A stretch of 43,089 nucleotides of DNA from Salisapilia sapeloensis CBS 127946 (GCA_023334545.1 JAADVB010000166.1:1-43089), one strand, 5' to 3'. Shown: positions 31,933 to 43,089, counted from the stretch's first letter. Program-made: numbers and translations. Notes: generated from the letters alone by a model not told the origin.

Positions 31933-34300
31933 TTACGAGTTCATGTCCGAAAGACAAGCAACCGCAGCGTTTCGACCACATGCGCCCATCACACCTCCGC
32001 CTGGGTGCGTTGACGCCGACGCCAAGTAGAGGTTCGAGATCGGAGACCGGTAGGACGAGTACCCGGGCATTGGTCGCATCCAGAAGAGCTGGGCAGGTGC
32101 AAGTTAGTCGCAGGTGTCGACGGAAGAGAAGATGAAGCTACCTGGTCGAGACCCAGAGCACCATGAAAGATGTTTCCTTTTGGTAGAGAAAAGATACGCT
32201 CTAGATCCGGCGGCTGAGGGCACACAGCATCAGTAGAGAGGATGTGACACGATTGAGGTGCTACTCTACCGTGAGCATGTCGATGCCGATGATGGATTCC
32301 TTGAAGCCTGGCGCGTACTCTTCGATGACCGAGAAAACAGTGTCTGCAAATGCTGCGCGGTAATTGTCATCGGACCAGCTTCCATTCTAGGTCCAAAGGT
32401 AGTGAGCACTGGATGAATAGTATGGTAAATCAGCATACTTTCGGCGCGTACGGAGTATACTGGACGAACAAGAGCGCAATGTGTTTGCCTATCGAGACGA
32501 TGGTTATCTTCAGATGGCATGGAACAGTCACAAAGAGAATTGACCTGGTGGGGCGATAGAGCTATCAAGAGACGTCGGGATATTCATCTCGATCACTGGA
32601 CGATGAGAAGGGTGTCCTTGTTGGGCATCTCCAAACGCAACTTCAATCTGGCCCATGGTATCCTCAAAGTGCGTTGTTCCACGATGATGTGGCATCGGCT
32701 TTCCACTCGGATCATTTGGCAGACACGTAAAGTTCGGCAGTCGATCCAACGCCACATTGATCTACTTGTATCTGTACAATATTGCGAATGGCGTTTATCA
32801 AGGTTTCTAAACATACTTTTGTGGAAGTCGATTCTTCATCCCAACCTCTTGAGAAGTGATCGACAACATCTTGTGGTAACTTATCTTTTCCCACGAGATC
32901 CAGTAGCGTCGTGGATGTGCTAGCTCCTGACAGCACCACTTGGCTATAGATCGTCTCTCCACTTTCAAGTGTCACGCCAACAGCAGTGTCTTCGTCGACT
33001 AGAATACTCCCGACCTTGGCTTCCGTACAAATCTTTACATCGAAAGACCTGGCAGCACTCGCCAGTGCATTCGACACAGCACCCATACCACCTTCCACAT
33101 GTCCCCACGTACCTTTGATACCGTCTACTTCTCCCATCACATGATGAAACAAAATGTACCCAGACCCTGGTGTAGACGGCGACACCTTTATCATTAAATT
33201 AGACTTCAGCAAGGTAAAGAGTAATTACGAGTGTGCTTTAGTATACTTTTGCTCCGATAATAGCATCCGTTGCTAGTGTAGCCTTCAGAATATCCGACTC
33301 AAACCACTTGTCCAGGATTTTTGACGCTGGCGCAGTCATAAAGTCAAGAAATGTCGTGATATCTGGACCCAGCTTGGATACTCGAAAGCCAAAGGACCCG
33401 ACAGAACGTAGTGCTTCCATTCGATCACTATGCATGCATGAAGACAAGTTGAATGGTATCTTAAAGACAGCTCTAGTACCGGTAGGATGAAGAGGTATTC
33501 AGAATCGTACGAAGGTCAGGAGGAGGCTAATAGCGAACAATGAGCAATCGTCAATAAAATGAAGACGGACATACTTGGTCAAGCAACGGCGTGAAGAAGT
33601 CGACCATTTTCTATACGAAACGATCATGAGGCTCTACATATGTCAATCCAAATGGACAGTAGACTACTTCCAGCGTCTCAGTGTATCTTGGAAACGCTTC
33701 TGCATCCGCTTGAGAGAATTGTGCTAGCAGCATACGTCAATTCAATAGTATCCAACACAAGTCAACATGATTCTACCAATGCTCTCTTGAGTCGTCTTTA
33801 TATCTCCATGTAGCAACAGACTCTTTCCTTCCAACGTAGGCGTGAAGGAGGATGGATCTCGAGGAAACACTACTCGACATGCCTTTTAAGACTATTATAT
33901 GTAATTTATAATAGCTAGGATGTAAAAGACCTCTTAAGCCGTGCTGGCGTAGATCCAAGTCCTCGATAATTTGTGGTCGAAAGAGAGAGAACACGTACGA
34001 GGCACGAGAGAAGTGGTAATTTGGGAAAATCTCCTCTGTAACTGCAGCTCCCCCAACAATATGTCGGCGTTCCAGCACACATACTTTCTTCCCAGCCTAT
34101 CTTTCCAAGTTTATCGAATAGAAGGATCAAGAAATATTCTCCCAAGACCTTGGCCAAGTAGGCAGCAGCGACCAATCCATTATGACCTCCACCAACGACT
34201 ATAGCATCCCTGCATCAAAATGATACTTTAGTCTATATCGCTTACTACTATACGGCATACGGACGCACCAAAAGTGCTTGGAGACACTCGAGAAGCTCAT
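31933..34300 (-). CDS. PYROXD2: PYROXD2 / phytoene-dehydrogenase-like FAD oxidoreductase, about 10 introns
   Basis: Spliced motifs: [76 protein letters not shown]...[51 protein letters not shown] 34300, stop 31933. Confidence 0.9.
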
Positions 34301-34875
34301 CTTCGTATCGAAAAGTCTGATAATGGCGATCTTGAAAGGTCTTCGTCATTGAAGTTGGTCGACAAGGAAATGGAGAGCTTTGAGGTGCAATTGATTCGGC
34401 GGCAGTGGGAAGGAGGACAAAATCGACTTCAAGCGTTGCGTTCTCCACTTCTATTACAGCTATCTAGTGACCAGATAAGACTTGTCACGAGCTTTCCTCG
34501 TGATCAATTGTGCCTACTTGAGCTACATGCGGACGAGATTGCTCAAGTACGAGTAAAGGGGAGACTCATGCAGTTCCGCACTACGAGCGATTCCATTTAT
34601 ATGTACCGGCATAGATAAGTCGTTCGTGACAATTAGCTTAACTGTTCCTATTCGAATAGTATTCGACTTGCAAGTACCTGCACTACGATGGCACTTGCCG
34701 AATCCATTCTACAGCTTTGGGGTACGTCCAACTACGCCAATCGCATACATATATCCCACTGATAATCAACCACCTGACAAGACATTGATCCTTTGATCGA
34801 ACAGTCGCTATCATCAACAGCAAGCGTCATGCAAACGTAGTTAATTCTCTATTCTTCGCACGGCCTAGATACAAT

Positions 34876-36429
34876 CTAGGAGCTCTGCATGCAATGCACC
34901 ACTAGTCTCGACTTCACCATTTCCAGTATCTCCCCCATGACCCTACACTCCTCCTTGTCCTTACGAACTTGGGCTACACGCAGCATGACAGGCAAGTGCA
35001 TGATCGCGTCCTCTTCTTCCGCTGCCACTGTGTCCCCAAAGTTCACTTGGTGGTAGACATCCGCAGCCGTCCGATACTTTTCGTACACACCTCTGCTCTC
35101 TTCATCATCAAAGCCGTAGGTTGCCACCGTTCGGTGCTGCAATTCGCCACTACCACCACCAACGCCAGCGTCCAACGCGCCATTCTCCACGCACATCTTT
35201 TCATGCGCAGTCCGAATCCGCTCTTCCTCGACACCAAAGGCTAGTGCCAGCATGAGAAAAACAGAATACTTGCGCTTAAGATGATCGAGGAAGAAATGCA
35301 GGACGTCAGTGTCCAAAGGCTTTGCATAGCTGCTTCCACCCGTCTCTTCCCGATGGCTATTCGCAGCGAAGAGTTCGTGGACTCGACTAACCTTTTCATA
35401 GACTAGTAACGCCATGTCTGGACTCGTGACTTTCTCCACCAGTCGCTCCATCGCTACAAGTCGACGTAGCTCGGACTCGATTTTCTTCCGATCGTCAGTT
35501 AAAACTCGATTGCACCACACTTCACTCTGATGCAGCGTGACTTTCGAGTCTTGGCCTGGAGACACGTACGAGAGTTCATCCTGATTATCTCTTTCCTGCT
35601 TCCTGCGTTTCGATAAAAGGATGGAACGTATCGCTTTCGACCACAATTCGAATGAACTTTGACTAGCAGATGCGAAATCTAGTAGACACTGACTACTCGA
35701 ACTGGAAGAGGAGGTTACACTATCTTGGAAACTACTTGACTGGGGTTTGGATGGAGATACTTGTAATTCTTGATCTAGCCACTAGGAAAGGTGTTAATGA
35801 TTGCTTCGTATATCTTCAAAATCGATGTCTACATGGTCTAAATCGTCTGCTTCGAGGAGTCGGCGACGAAATAACCGGGTGGAGTTGTTACCATACACTT
35901 CGACGGACATGTCGCTCATCGTCGTCGACGCTCGTAACTCGATGACCTTGGCAGACGTTACCAAGCGATTCTGTTACTAGAAACTAGCGTACGTACTCTA
36001 TCAGGTTGCAGACCTTGTTCCCATCTCTCTCGACTGGTAAATAGCAGAAGATGGTCTTGTTGAAGAGATGTAAAGTACGGAACCCAGTCGGTGAAGATGA
36101 GCATCGTTCGGGAACGAACAAGCAGCGTATCGTTCAGCGTGTCCTACTTTTATCGTAGTATGCATAGACTACTCAATACAGCGTAGTAGGCTGCGTACCT
36201 TGTAGACAAAGGCCGATTTGGCTCGACGAAGTGAGTTCGGTGACCACGGTGTCGACTGCTGACTCTCGTCGTGCACTATCGAAGCAGCACTACCATCATG
36301 CAGTAGCTCCAATTGCAGACCTCTGTCGCTTTGATTAGATTCAGGACTCAAGACTGCCTCATTAGTCAAATAGTCATCCTTGTGCAAGTAGTTCAGCTCC
36401 AACGCTTCTGCCTCCATGTCTATAATCAT
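34876..36429 (-). CDS. Hypothetical protein with a PH-like domain and an unrecognised helical C-terminal domain (multi-exon)
   Basis: Exons splice in frame at GTACG/GTAG donors: ...KSAFVYK|DTLLVRSR...WVPYFTSLQQDHLLLFTSRERWEQGLQPDR|VIEL...LLDFASASQSSFELWSKAIRSIL (PH-type C-terminal helix), continuing into ORF 34876-35646. Start and the last small exon are uncertain. Confidence 0.55.
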
Positions 36430-36630
36430 GCACTCGTACCGTGAAACGGATGCTCATATAAAGAGCTTTTAAGGTGCCCTATCGCCCTCTTTTTGGCATT
36501 CTATACCCACGTTGGGTAGTATAAAACTTGTCTACTAGACATCCGGACACTATCTAAGCAACCTCAAGTTGGCATCTTGCTCTCCTTCCGGCGTCGACCT
36601 TGTTACGTATATTTCTTCTTCTATAAAAGC

Positions 36631-38524
36631 ATGGAGTGGAGAGGTCGGCAGCAATCTTCTCCTACAGGTGGAGCCATGCAGCGTATTCCGTCCTTCCCTC
36701 CTAGCTTTCGCCTCGGTCCGTTCCAACGACCTCGATCGGTCTCTCAAGAGCTCGCGAATCTCCTTATCCACCCTTCAAATCGCGAAACGAAGAATAACGA
36801 AGCGAGTGTACTCTCTTATTAGCCCATATACTGTCATGGTGAGTTGGTACTAGCGAATGCATTGTAGAATTTCCAAGAGGACTTTAGTCTGTACCAGATC
36901 ATCACACCGACACCACAAGTCACTCGGAAAACAAAGATCGTATGTGCCATCGGACCCTCTTCCTGGTCGAAAGAAATGCTCGGTAGGACGTCTATAGACT
37001 TTAAACTTGCATGCCATCCTCATTATAGTCATAGGTGAGTTACTGGATGCTGGCATGAACGTCGCTCGACTCAATTTCTCCCACGGTGATCACGACCTGC
37101 ATCAACGTAGTCTACGCAACCTCCGTCGAGCCATCATGGAACGACCTGGATGCCACTGTGCCGTCCTACTAGATACAAAAGGTCCTGAAATCCGAACGGG
37201 TATCTTGAAAGACCACGAGCCGATCCAACTTCGTGTACTCTCCTCTTTCCATCCCATACCTCCTTCTCCTCATATATTCTTGTAGGCTGGACAGACACTA
37301 GTGATCGATACAGATTACTCCATCGAAGGAGACAGCTCTCATATCGCTTGCTCCTACCCTCAGCTACCAACCTCCGTCTCTCCAGGGATGAAAATCCTGT
37401 GTGACGACGGCAGTCTCACCATGACAGTCCTCCAGTGTGACGAAACATCCATCACCGTATCTGTCCTCAACTCCCACATCTTAGAAGAGAAGAAAAACAT
37501 GAATTTACCTGGTGCATCCATCCAAATCCCCGGGATCACCTCGAAAGACGAAAACGATTTGCTCCATTTCGCCATCCCACAGGCCGTAGACATTGTCTCT
37601 GGGTCCTTTGTCCGTTCCGCTGCCAACGTCCAAGCGATTAAAGACTGTCTAGGCGCTAAAGGCAGACACATTCGTGTGCATGCAAAGATCGAGAGTGTAG
37701 AAGCTTTGAGGAACATTGACGGGATTCTAAAAGTCGCCGACGGAGTGCACGTGAGTCGAGGTGACCTCGGCATGGAGCTGAACCCGGAACAAGTCTTCTT
37801 GGCGCAGAAAATGATCATCCGAAAGGCGAATCTCGCCGGCATCCCCGTCGTAACATCCACGCAGATGCTGCAGTCCATGACGCAGAGCCCTTCACCAAGC
37901 AACGCAGAGTGTACGGACGTCGCGAACGCCGTGTTGGACGGCACAGACGCTGTCATGCTCTCGGCAGAGACGGCCAAGGGCAAGTACCCGACGGAAGCGG
38001 TGCAGACGATGCATCGTATCTGCGTCGAAGCCGAGCGGACAGTCGACTACAGCGAGCTCTATCGTGCCACGACGATGGCAGTGGACAAGCCGCTGAGCAT
38101 GGGCGAGTCGGTGGCCGCCGCTGCCGCAGAAATCGCCCTGGACGTCCGCGCGCCGCTCATCATCTCGTTCACCGAGACAGGACAGAGCACTCGGTTGCTG
38201 GCCAAGTACAGACCAGAGGCACACATCCTAGCTGTCACGGCCTCAAGCTCGACGGCGAGGCAGCTCACAGGCGTATCTCGTAGTGTCAATGCATTGCTAG
38301 TAGAGTCTATGGTTGGAGTTGAAAGCTTGACGATTAAAGCCCTGGCTTTTGGGAAAGAAAGAGGATGGGCTTGCAATGGGGATGCCGTCGTCTTGACACA
38401 TGGACTGCAGGACGCCGTGTCTGGGCGTACGAATGTCGTCAAAGTGATTGAAGTCGTGGCCCAAGGCTTTGCCAGTCCAACGTTCCGATTTCATGGACTT
38501 CGTGTTCCATCCATCTACTCATGA
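36631..38524 (+). CDS. PK: Pyruvate kinase (4 exons; alternative start possible)
   Basis: [70 protein letters not shown]. Model exons: 36631-36807, 36868-36982, 37035-37234, 37286-38524. Confidence 0.95.
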
Positions 38525-38636
38525 TAATAGTTGTAGATAAGTGCCAAGTACATACTCGTATCCTTGAAGTGGTCCGTAGATCTTCAACTTGTGATTGTCC
38601 AGTTGTGCATTCCGACGTGATTTGGACAGAATAGAG

Positions 38637-39755
38637 ATGCATCTTTGGCTGCGTACGACCATACCTCTAGCCGTACTCTTTGGTATCTACTTTGAGAAGT
38701 GGAGGAGGAGAAAAGTATGTGATTGTGAAGACGGAGAGTGCTGTAAATCGTTCCAGAGAGAAGACCGGTATAAACTCCCTCACGCTCATATCACGCACTG
38801 GTCTCCACGTCCGTCGTGCGATCCTAAATGGGATCGACTAGCTCCGACGCAGGCTGGGGAAGGGAGACTTATCCTTATTCGACACGGACAAAGCGTCTGG
38901 AACCGGAAACCGAATCAACCGAACGCATTGTGGAGATATGCCGGGTCGATCGACATTCCACTGAGCGACCAAGGTATCCAAGAAGCTTTTGACGCCGGTA
39001 AAAGATTGTCGAAAATACCGGTAGACGTCGTCTTTTGCTCCCAAATGGATCGAGCTAGAGCGACGGTGAGTCTAGCGCTAAGTGTCCATGAAAGTGGGAA
39101 GACCCCTGTCGTGGAACATAACTCGCCGCTCGACTTTCCATCCTTTGAAGGTGTCAACGATCAAGATCCATACCAATTCGTACGTCTATACGCCACCTAC
39201 GTCTCAATTATGGCTAAGGAATGCAAGGTAGATTGTGCCCATGTACGTGACACCGACACTCAACGAGCGCAATTTTGGCGACTTACAGGTACTCGACTCC
39301 TACTGCATGCAGCTCAAATACGAAATTAATCATCGTAGGGCGTTCCGAGTACACATCACACCGATTTTCTGTCTTCAGAAGAGCTTCGACGTGTCCGCAA
39401 CGATTTTAATATGAAATTCCCAGGCCAACGCGGTGAGTCCTGTGCCGACGTCCACCAGCGTGTGATCTCGTTCTTTGAATCGTTCATCCTACCTCACTTA
39501 AATGCAGGACGAAGTGTCCTCTTGTCGACCCATGGCTTTGTTATGCGGACGCTCATCAAGTATCTAGACGACATGAGTGAAGAAGAGTTCAATGCCCAGA
39601 TGCAGTTAGAAAAGTCTGCTCCGGACCAGTGCAAACTGCTCGCAGCCACAGGTGTGCCGATGATCTTCCACTTCCGAGACGGTAAAGCATACAAGAAAGC
39701 GCCGACTCGGAAAGAACGAGCGGATAGTCTCAGTCGATCGAGTGCGCCATACTAA
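38637..39755 (+). CDS. Cofactor-dependent phosphoglycerate mutase-like histidine phosphatase with N-terminal hydrophobic extension (3 exons)
   Basis: LILIRHGQS phospho-His motif, DIPLSDQG, CSQMDRA, LNERNFGDLQG, GESCADVHQR, LSTHG, TGVPMIF. Exons 38637-39179, 39232-39288, 39339-39755. Confidence 0.85.
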
Positions 39756-39788
39756 ATGAAAAAGATTGGATTCCCTTTATCACGACGT

Positions 39789-40938
39789 CTACTCGCCTAC
39801 AGCCTCCTTCAGCCTCTTCACAAGCTCTGCTTTCAGTCCCTTTGTAGATAAATCTCGCTTCTTTAGCTCTTCTCGCAAAACGACGACCGTCAGCTTCTCA
39901 ATTGGCTTATCAAAAGTAGATTTATCCATCTCTACATCCTCCGTCTCTTCCGCCGAAGGCTGTGCAGGACTCGTCCCCTCTTTCAAATCATCCTTCACCA
40001 CTGTCTCCACAGGAGCTGGCGTTTCCTCCATCACTACTTCCTTCATCTCCAATTCTGTCTCTTCTACTGGTTTCTCCATATCCACCTCCTTTGTCTCTTC
40101 CACTACCGTTGTAGTCTCCTTCACTTCTACCTTGCCTTGCGACTCTACCGGAGCTGCAACCTCTTCCTTCACTACTTCCTTCACCTTCGTCTGCACTGCT
40201 GGAGGCGCTACTGACACCTGCTGCACACCTTCCGTCACTTCAATCCCATGGTACTCTTCTCCATGTAGCTCCTTGATAAACTTTTGTCCAGCAGGAGAGA
40301 GGAAGAACATGTCTGCTGCTTCCCGATCTTTCGGTCGAATACGATGAAAGTCGAGGACACGCAGCTGTGGCAAAGTGTGGATGACATACTCGCGATAGTA
40401 CTTGCGTTTCGTAATTGGATTCCCGACGCATGAGAGCGTGTCGAGCTTGTGGAAAGTGACCAGATTATCAATTTGCACCAAGTCGGCCAGTCGGTTATTT
40501 GTTAAAATGAGGTACTCGAGGTTTTCAATCGCATGCGCAGTGGATGCTTCGATACGACTGATGTAATTGTTATGCAACAAGAGCATGCGTAGACGACGTA
40601 GACGAGGAAAATTTTCAAGCTTTTTCACTTCATTGTCCGACAAGTCGATGCAGTCAAAACCGTCCTAAATAACGACCAGGGAGGGGTTTATCGAGGTTGC
40701 TGAGCAGGATGGACATAGTGGCGTACCTTGGTGACGCCCAAGTTTTCAATCGCTGGAGCTTTATAACCTACCAAATCCGAATAGTATGAATCAAGAGGTC
40801 ATACGAGCGACATAGTTGAGTATAAACATGAAATGAACAAGGATATGAATAAAACGCACCTCGTAGATTTAACTCCCGCTCACGCAAGGGGTTCACGGAT
40901 ATCTCTGCGCCCAATAGCACCTCCGCTGTGAGCCGCAT
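39789..40938 (-). CDS. SNRPA1: U2 snRNP A' protein with a C-terminal SAP domain (3 exons)
   Basis: MRLTAEVLL...NPLRERELNLRGYKAPAIENLGVTKDGFDCIDLSDNEVKKLENFP; LRRs; LRRcap YREYVIHTLPQLRVLDF. SAP domain KLTVVVLREELKKRDLSTKGLKAELVKRL. Confidence 0.93.
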
Positions 40939-41109
40939 CGTTCCTTAGTATTTTATTGTGCTTCGAGTGGTTTGGACATTTAGCGTCTCACAATGTACGA
41001 CTATACGTTTCATACAAAGATCAAGTATGTCAAGTAATGTACTCTTTCCAAGACGAAGAAAAGAATTTGACAAAGAAGATATATTAGTTATACATCGTAG
41101 AAGACAGCT

Positions 41110-42195
41110 CTATGATAGTACGTCGCGAGCATCGACTTCGCGTGCACTAGTAGGTTGTACGCCTGACTCGATGTTATCGTACGAGTCATCCGTTTCTCTT
41201 GCTCGAGGCGTCTTTGGTCTCGCATCTTCCGACTTTATAGCCTCCTTTTTCAATCGGATCACTTCCGGCGTGTGGACAAAGATAAAGACACCGACGCAGA
41301 AGAGAGCGATCGCATGGGCACCCACGAGATTCGTGTACAGACACACGTCGTGATTACGATCGGATGGGAATGCATAGGCCCAGAAGACATAGATAAGGAA
41401 GATGGGTAGGAGGGCGCGTGAAATGCCCCAAATCACATACGTCGTATAGATTGCTCGACGATAGTACTTGGTGTCTTGTCTCCCGATTGCCTCGAGGAAC
41501 CCTCGGACATTGAGAGGGAGAGTTGCGAGCTCCACTAGGAGAAATAAGAGGAGACCGAACTGAGATGCGCCGCAACATGAGACAAAGTTGTTGATGAGGT
41601 ACGGCACGCTACCATAGATAATCAATACCGAACGGTGGGAAGAGCTAGAAATAGAGCTTACAGAGCCACAATGTGGTGTGTGATGAAGACGGTTTGCATA
41701 TCTACCGGCCATGCTATGATTACGATCAGATCGCAGGCAAAGTATCCAATGGCTAGCGTATAATCGTTTAGAAGAGACCAGCGATGATATATGATAAGTA
41801 TCGGATACCGATGGAGAATATGACATTCGCAGGGGTGATGGAGCTCATTGGCAAAAAGTCTTCTCCCCACGTGATAGCAGAGAGCGCGATGCCGACACCA
41901 ATGACCACGGTCAATGCATGCACCGTAGAGTTTATTCTACAAAGCGAATCTCAGCACGGTGCAGAGGATTATAGGATGGGAGTCAGACGTACCTAGAGCA
42001 CCAGTCTGCTTTCTCTGCTGAAGTGAACGCTTTGAACTCTGGGATACGAGCGCTAGATAGGTGCCAGGAGCAAGCAAAGAGCGCCCAAAAACCAATAAAA
42101 GCGGAAGCAGCAACCGTGAGGTTTTCTTCCCATCTGACGTGCTCTTCGTCTGGAAGGATGTAGTCTTCTGGGTCCACTGCCATCGTCGAGTTCAT
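41110..42195 (-). CDS. TLC (TRAM-LAG1-CLN8) domain membrane protein, TMEM56-like (multi-exon)
   Basis: KADWCSR|INSTVHA, IGYFACDL, a paired-His segment (ITHHIV), ELATLPLNVR, several hydrophobic segments. ATG 42195. Confidence 0.8.
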
Positions 42196-42885
42196 CTTAG
42201 ATGAATCACTACTTCTGGGCACAAATGAAAGAGAAGTTACGACGGCATGTTGAGCCGCAATCAGCATGATGTGTCTTCGTGCGAAATGTCACGCGGCGAC
42301 ATTTATTTCAAACGAACCAATGATGGAGCATATCTAACGCAACAAATGCAGCGATTGGAGCACTGTGTGGGTAAAATGATGGTGAATTACAGATAAATCA
42401 ACTTATCAGGTCGGTTCGTGCAAAATCATTTCTCTTAAGACCATTTCATGTGGATTCATGTATGTAATATATCTCCTGTATTCATTATCCGATCGTAATC
42501 GATCCTGCACATCCACAACGGACTTCGCAACCTCGTACCATGACCTCGATCCTTATCTATGTTCTAATTATCTTCACTGTGCTTCAGTTACCGCTTACTT
42601 GACTTGTCTTCTGCCCAAAATAACGCATTGGATCCATTCCATCTTATTTCACTGGATTTCCAACGGCATATCAGGAAATGCATAGGTACACAAAAAGCGG
42701 ATCCAGGAGTCAACAGAAACCACAGTGGTGTCTCAACGCACTAGAGATAGCGCTCTGTGGCAGAGAAAAAAAAGTTCTCGTTCCGATGGCTGAACTCTCC
42801 ACCAAGTTTCTCACGCTTCCGCGAACACACCACATAAACCTCCAACTTCAAAAATCCGCCGGATCCAAACGACCTTTCACACCAC

Positions 42886-42898
42886 TCATTTTGTTTGC
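42886..42898 (+). promoter_or_regulatory. Oomycete-type initiator/FPR-like motif
   Basis: TCATTTT-GTTTGC starts 64 nt upstream of the ATG at 42950. CCAAT boxes at 42317 (+) and 42354 (-) lie in the same divergent intergenic region. Confidence 0.45.
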
Positions 42899-42949
42899 GC
42901 AAGTGCGTCACCACCAACACGTACCAGATCTCACTACAGACTTATTAAG

Positions 42950-43089
42950 ATGCTACGGTCAGCACGTTCAATTGCTCGCGCCGTGCCACGGACATCGTTG
43001 TCCCGGTTCTCTCGGGCAGCCTGCTCGTTCCTTCCGAACGCGAATGTCGCGCGCAGTTTCTCCGCCGGCACGCAGGCCATTGAAATGGC
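42950..43089 (+). CDS. 5' end of a probable mitochondrion-targeted protein (truncated by the window end)
   Basis: MLRSARSIARAVPRTSLSRFSRAACSFLPNANVARSFSAGTQAIEM: Arg/Ser/Ala-rich, no acidic residue until position 45, RSFS cleavage-type motif. Confidence 0.7.
   Translation, partial: MLRSARSIARAVPRTSLSRFSRAACSFLPNANVARSFSAGTQAIEM

Noticed and set aside
14679-36429. Functional cluster of phosphoinositide-binding trafficking genes (MABP/PH-GEF, FYVE-myosin, PH-kinase, PH protein)
   Set aside because: PH and FYVE domains are abundant in oomycetes and unrelated genes are interspersed; no evidence beyond chance.
36550-36771. Minus-strand [16 protein letters not shown] as a first exon of the PH-like gene
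   Set aside because: It starts at GTG with an in-frame stop just upstream and overlaps the better-supported + strand first exon of pyruvate kinase.
8262-40347. Numerous antisense or alternate-frame ORFs (e.g. 8262-8546, 9008-9400, 12694-13170, 28437-28922, 31049-31510, 37360-37983, 39766-40347)
   Set aside because: They are shadows of real coding regions or low-complexity tracts, often start with TTG/GTG, and show no recognisable motifs.
1-43089. Stop-codon reassignment or read-through to explain broken reading frames
   Set aside because: In the recognisable genes the in-frame stops fall inside GT-AG introns that restore conserved motifs, and TAA, TAG and TGA all end genes normally.
1-43089. 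rRNA, tRNA, CRISPR arrays, LTR/LINE elements
   Set aside because: No such sequence signatures or regularly spaced repeats were seen by eye; small ncRNAs cannot be excluded without Infernal or tRNAscan.

Overview
Eukaryotic nuclear DNA, most consistent with a compact-genome oomycete-like stramenopile. This is an inference from a FYVE-tailed myosin, Inr-like TCATTYY promoter motifs, and a trypsin with a mucin-like tail. The window holds about 20 tightly packed protein-coding genes with short GT-AG introns (mostly 50-62 nt), and some intergenic gaps are as small as 33 bp. Recognisable genes in order: vezatin-like, R3H/SUZ protein, tentative ADA3-like protein, pogo/CENP-B transposase-derived gene, 1555-aa FN3-TPR-WD40-LysM protein, F-box-like/SPRY protein, MABP-DCB-HUS-Sec7-PH ARF-GEF, tesmin/TSO1 CXC protein, secreted trypsin, small secreted Pro/Thr-rich protein, myosin-FYVE, CCDC174-like, PH-SnoaL-like-AGC kinase, PYROXD2-like oxidoreductase, PH-like protein, pyruvate kinase, dPGM-type phosphoglycerate mutase, U2A' with a SAP domain, TLC-domain protein, and the start of a mitochondrion-targeted protein. 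I saw no rRNA, tRNA, CRISPR array or intact mobile element. The strongest candidate novelty is an apparently domesticated, intron-containing, catalytically degenerate pogo transposase at 7049-8410, lying head-to-head with an ADA3-like gene. Several unusual domain architectures come next. All exon structures and domain calls were made by eye, without database searches or RNA-seq.
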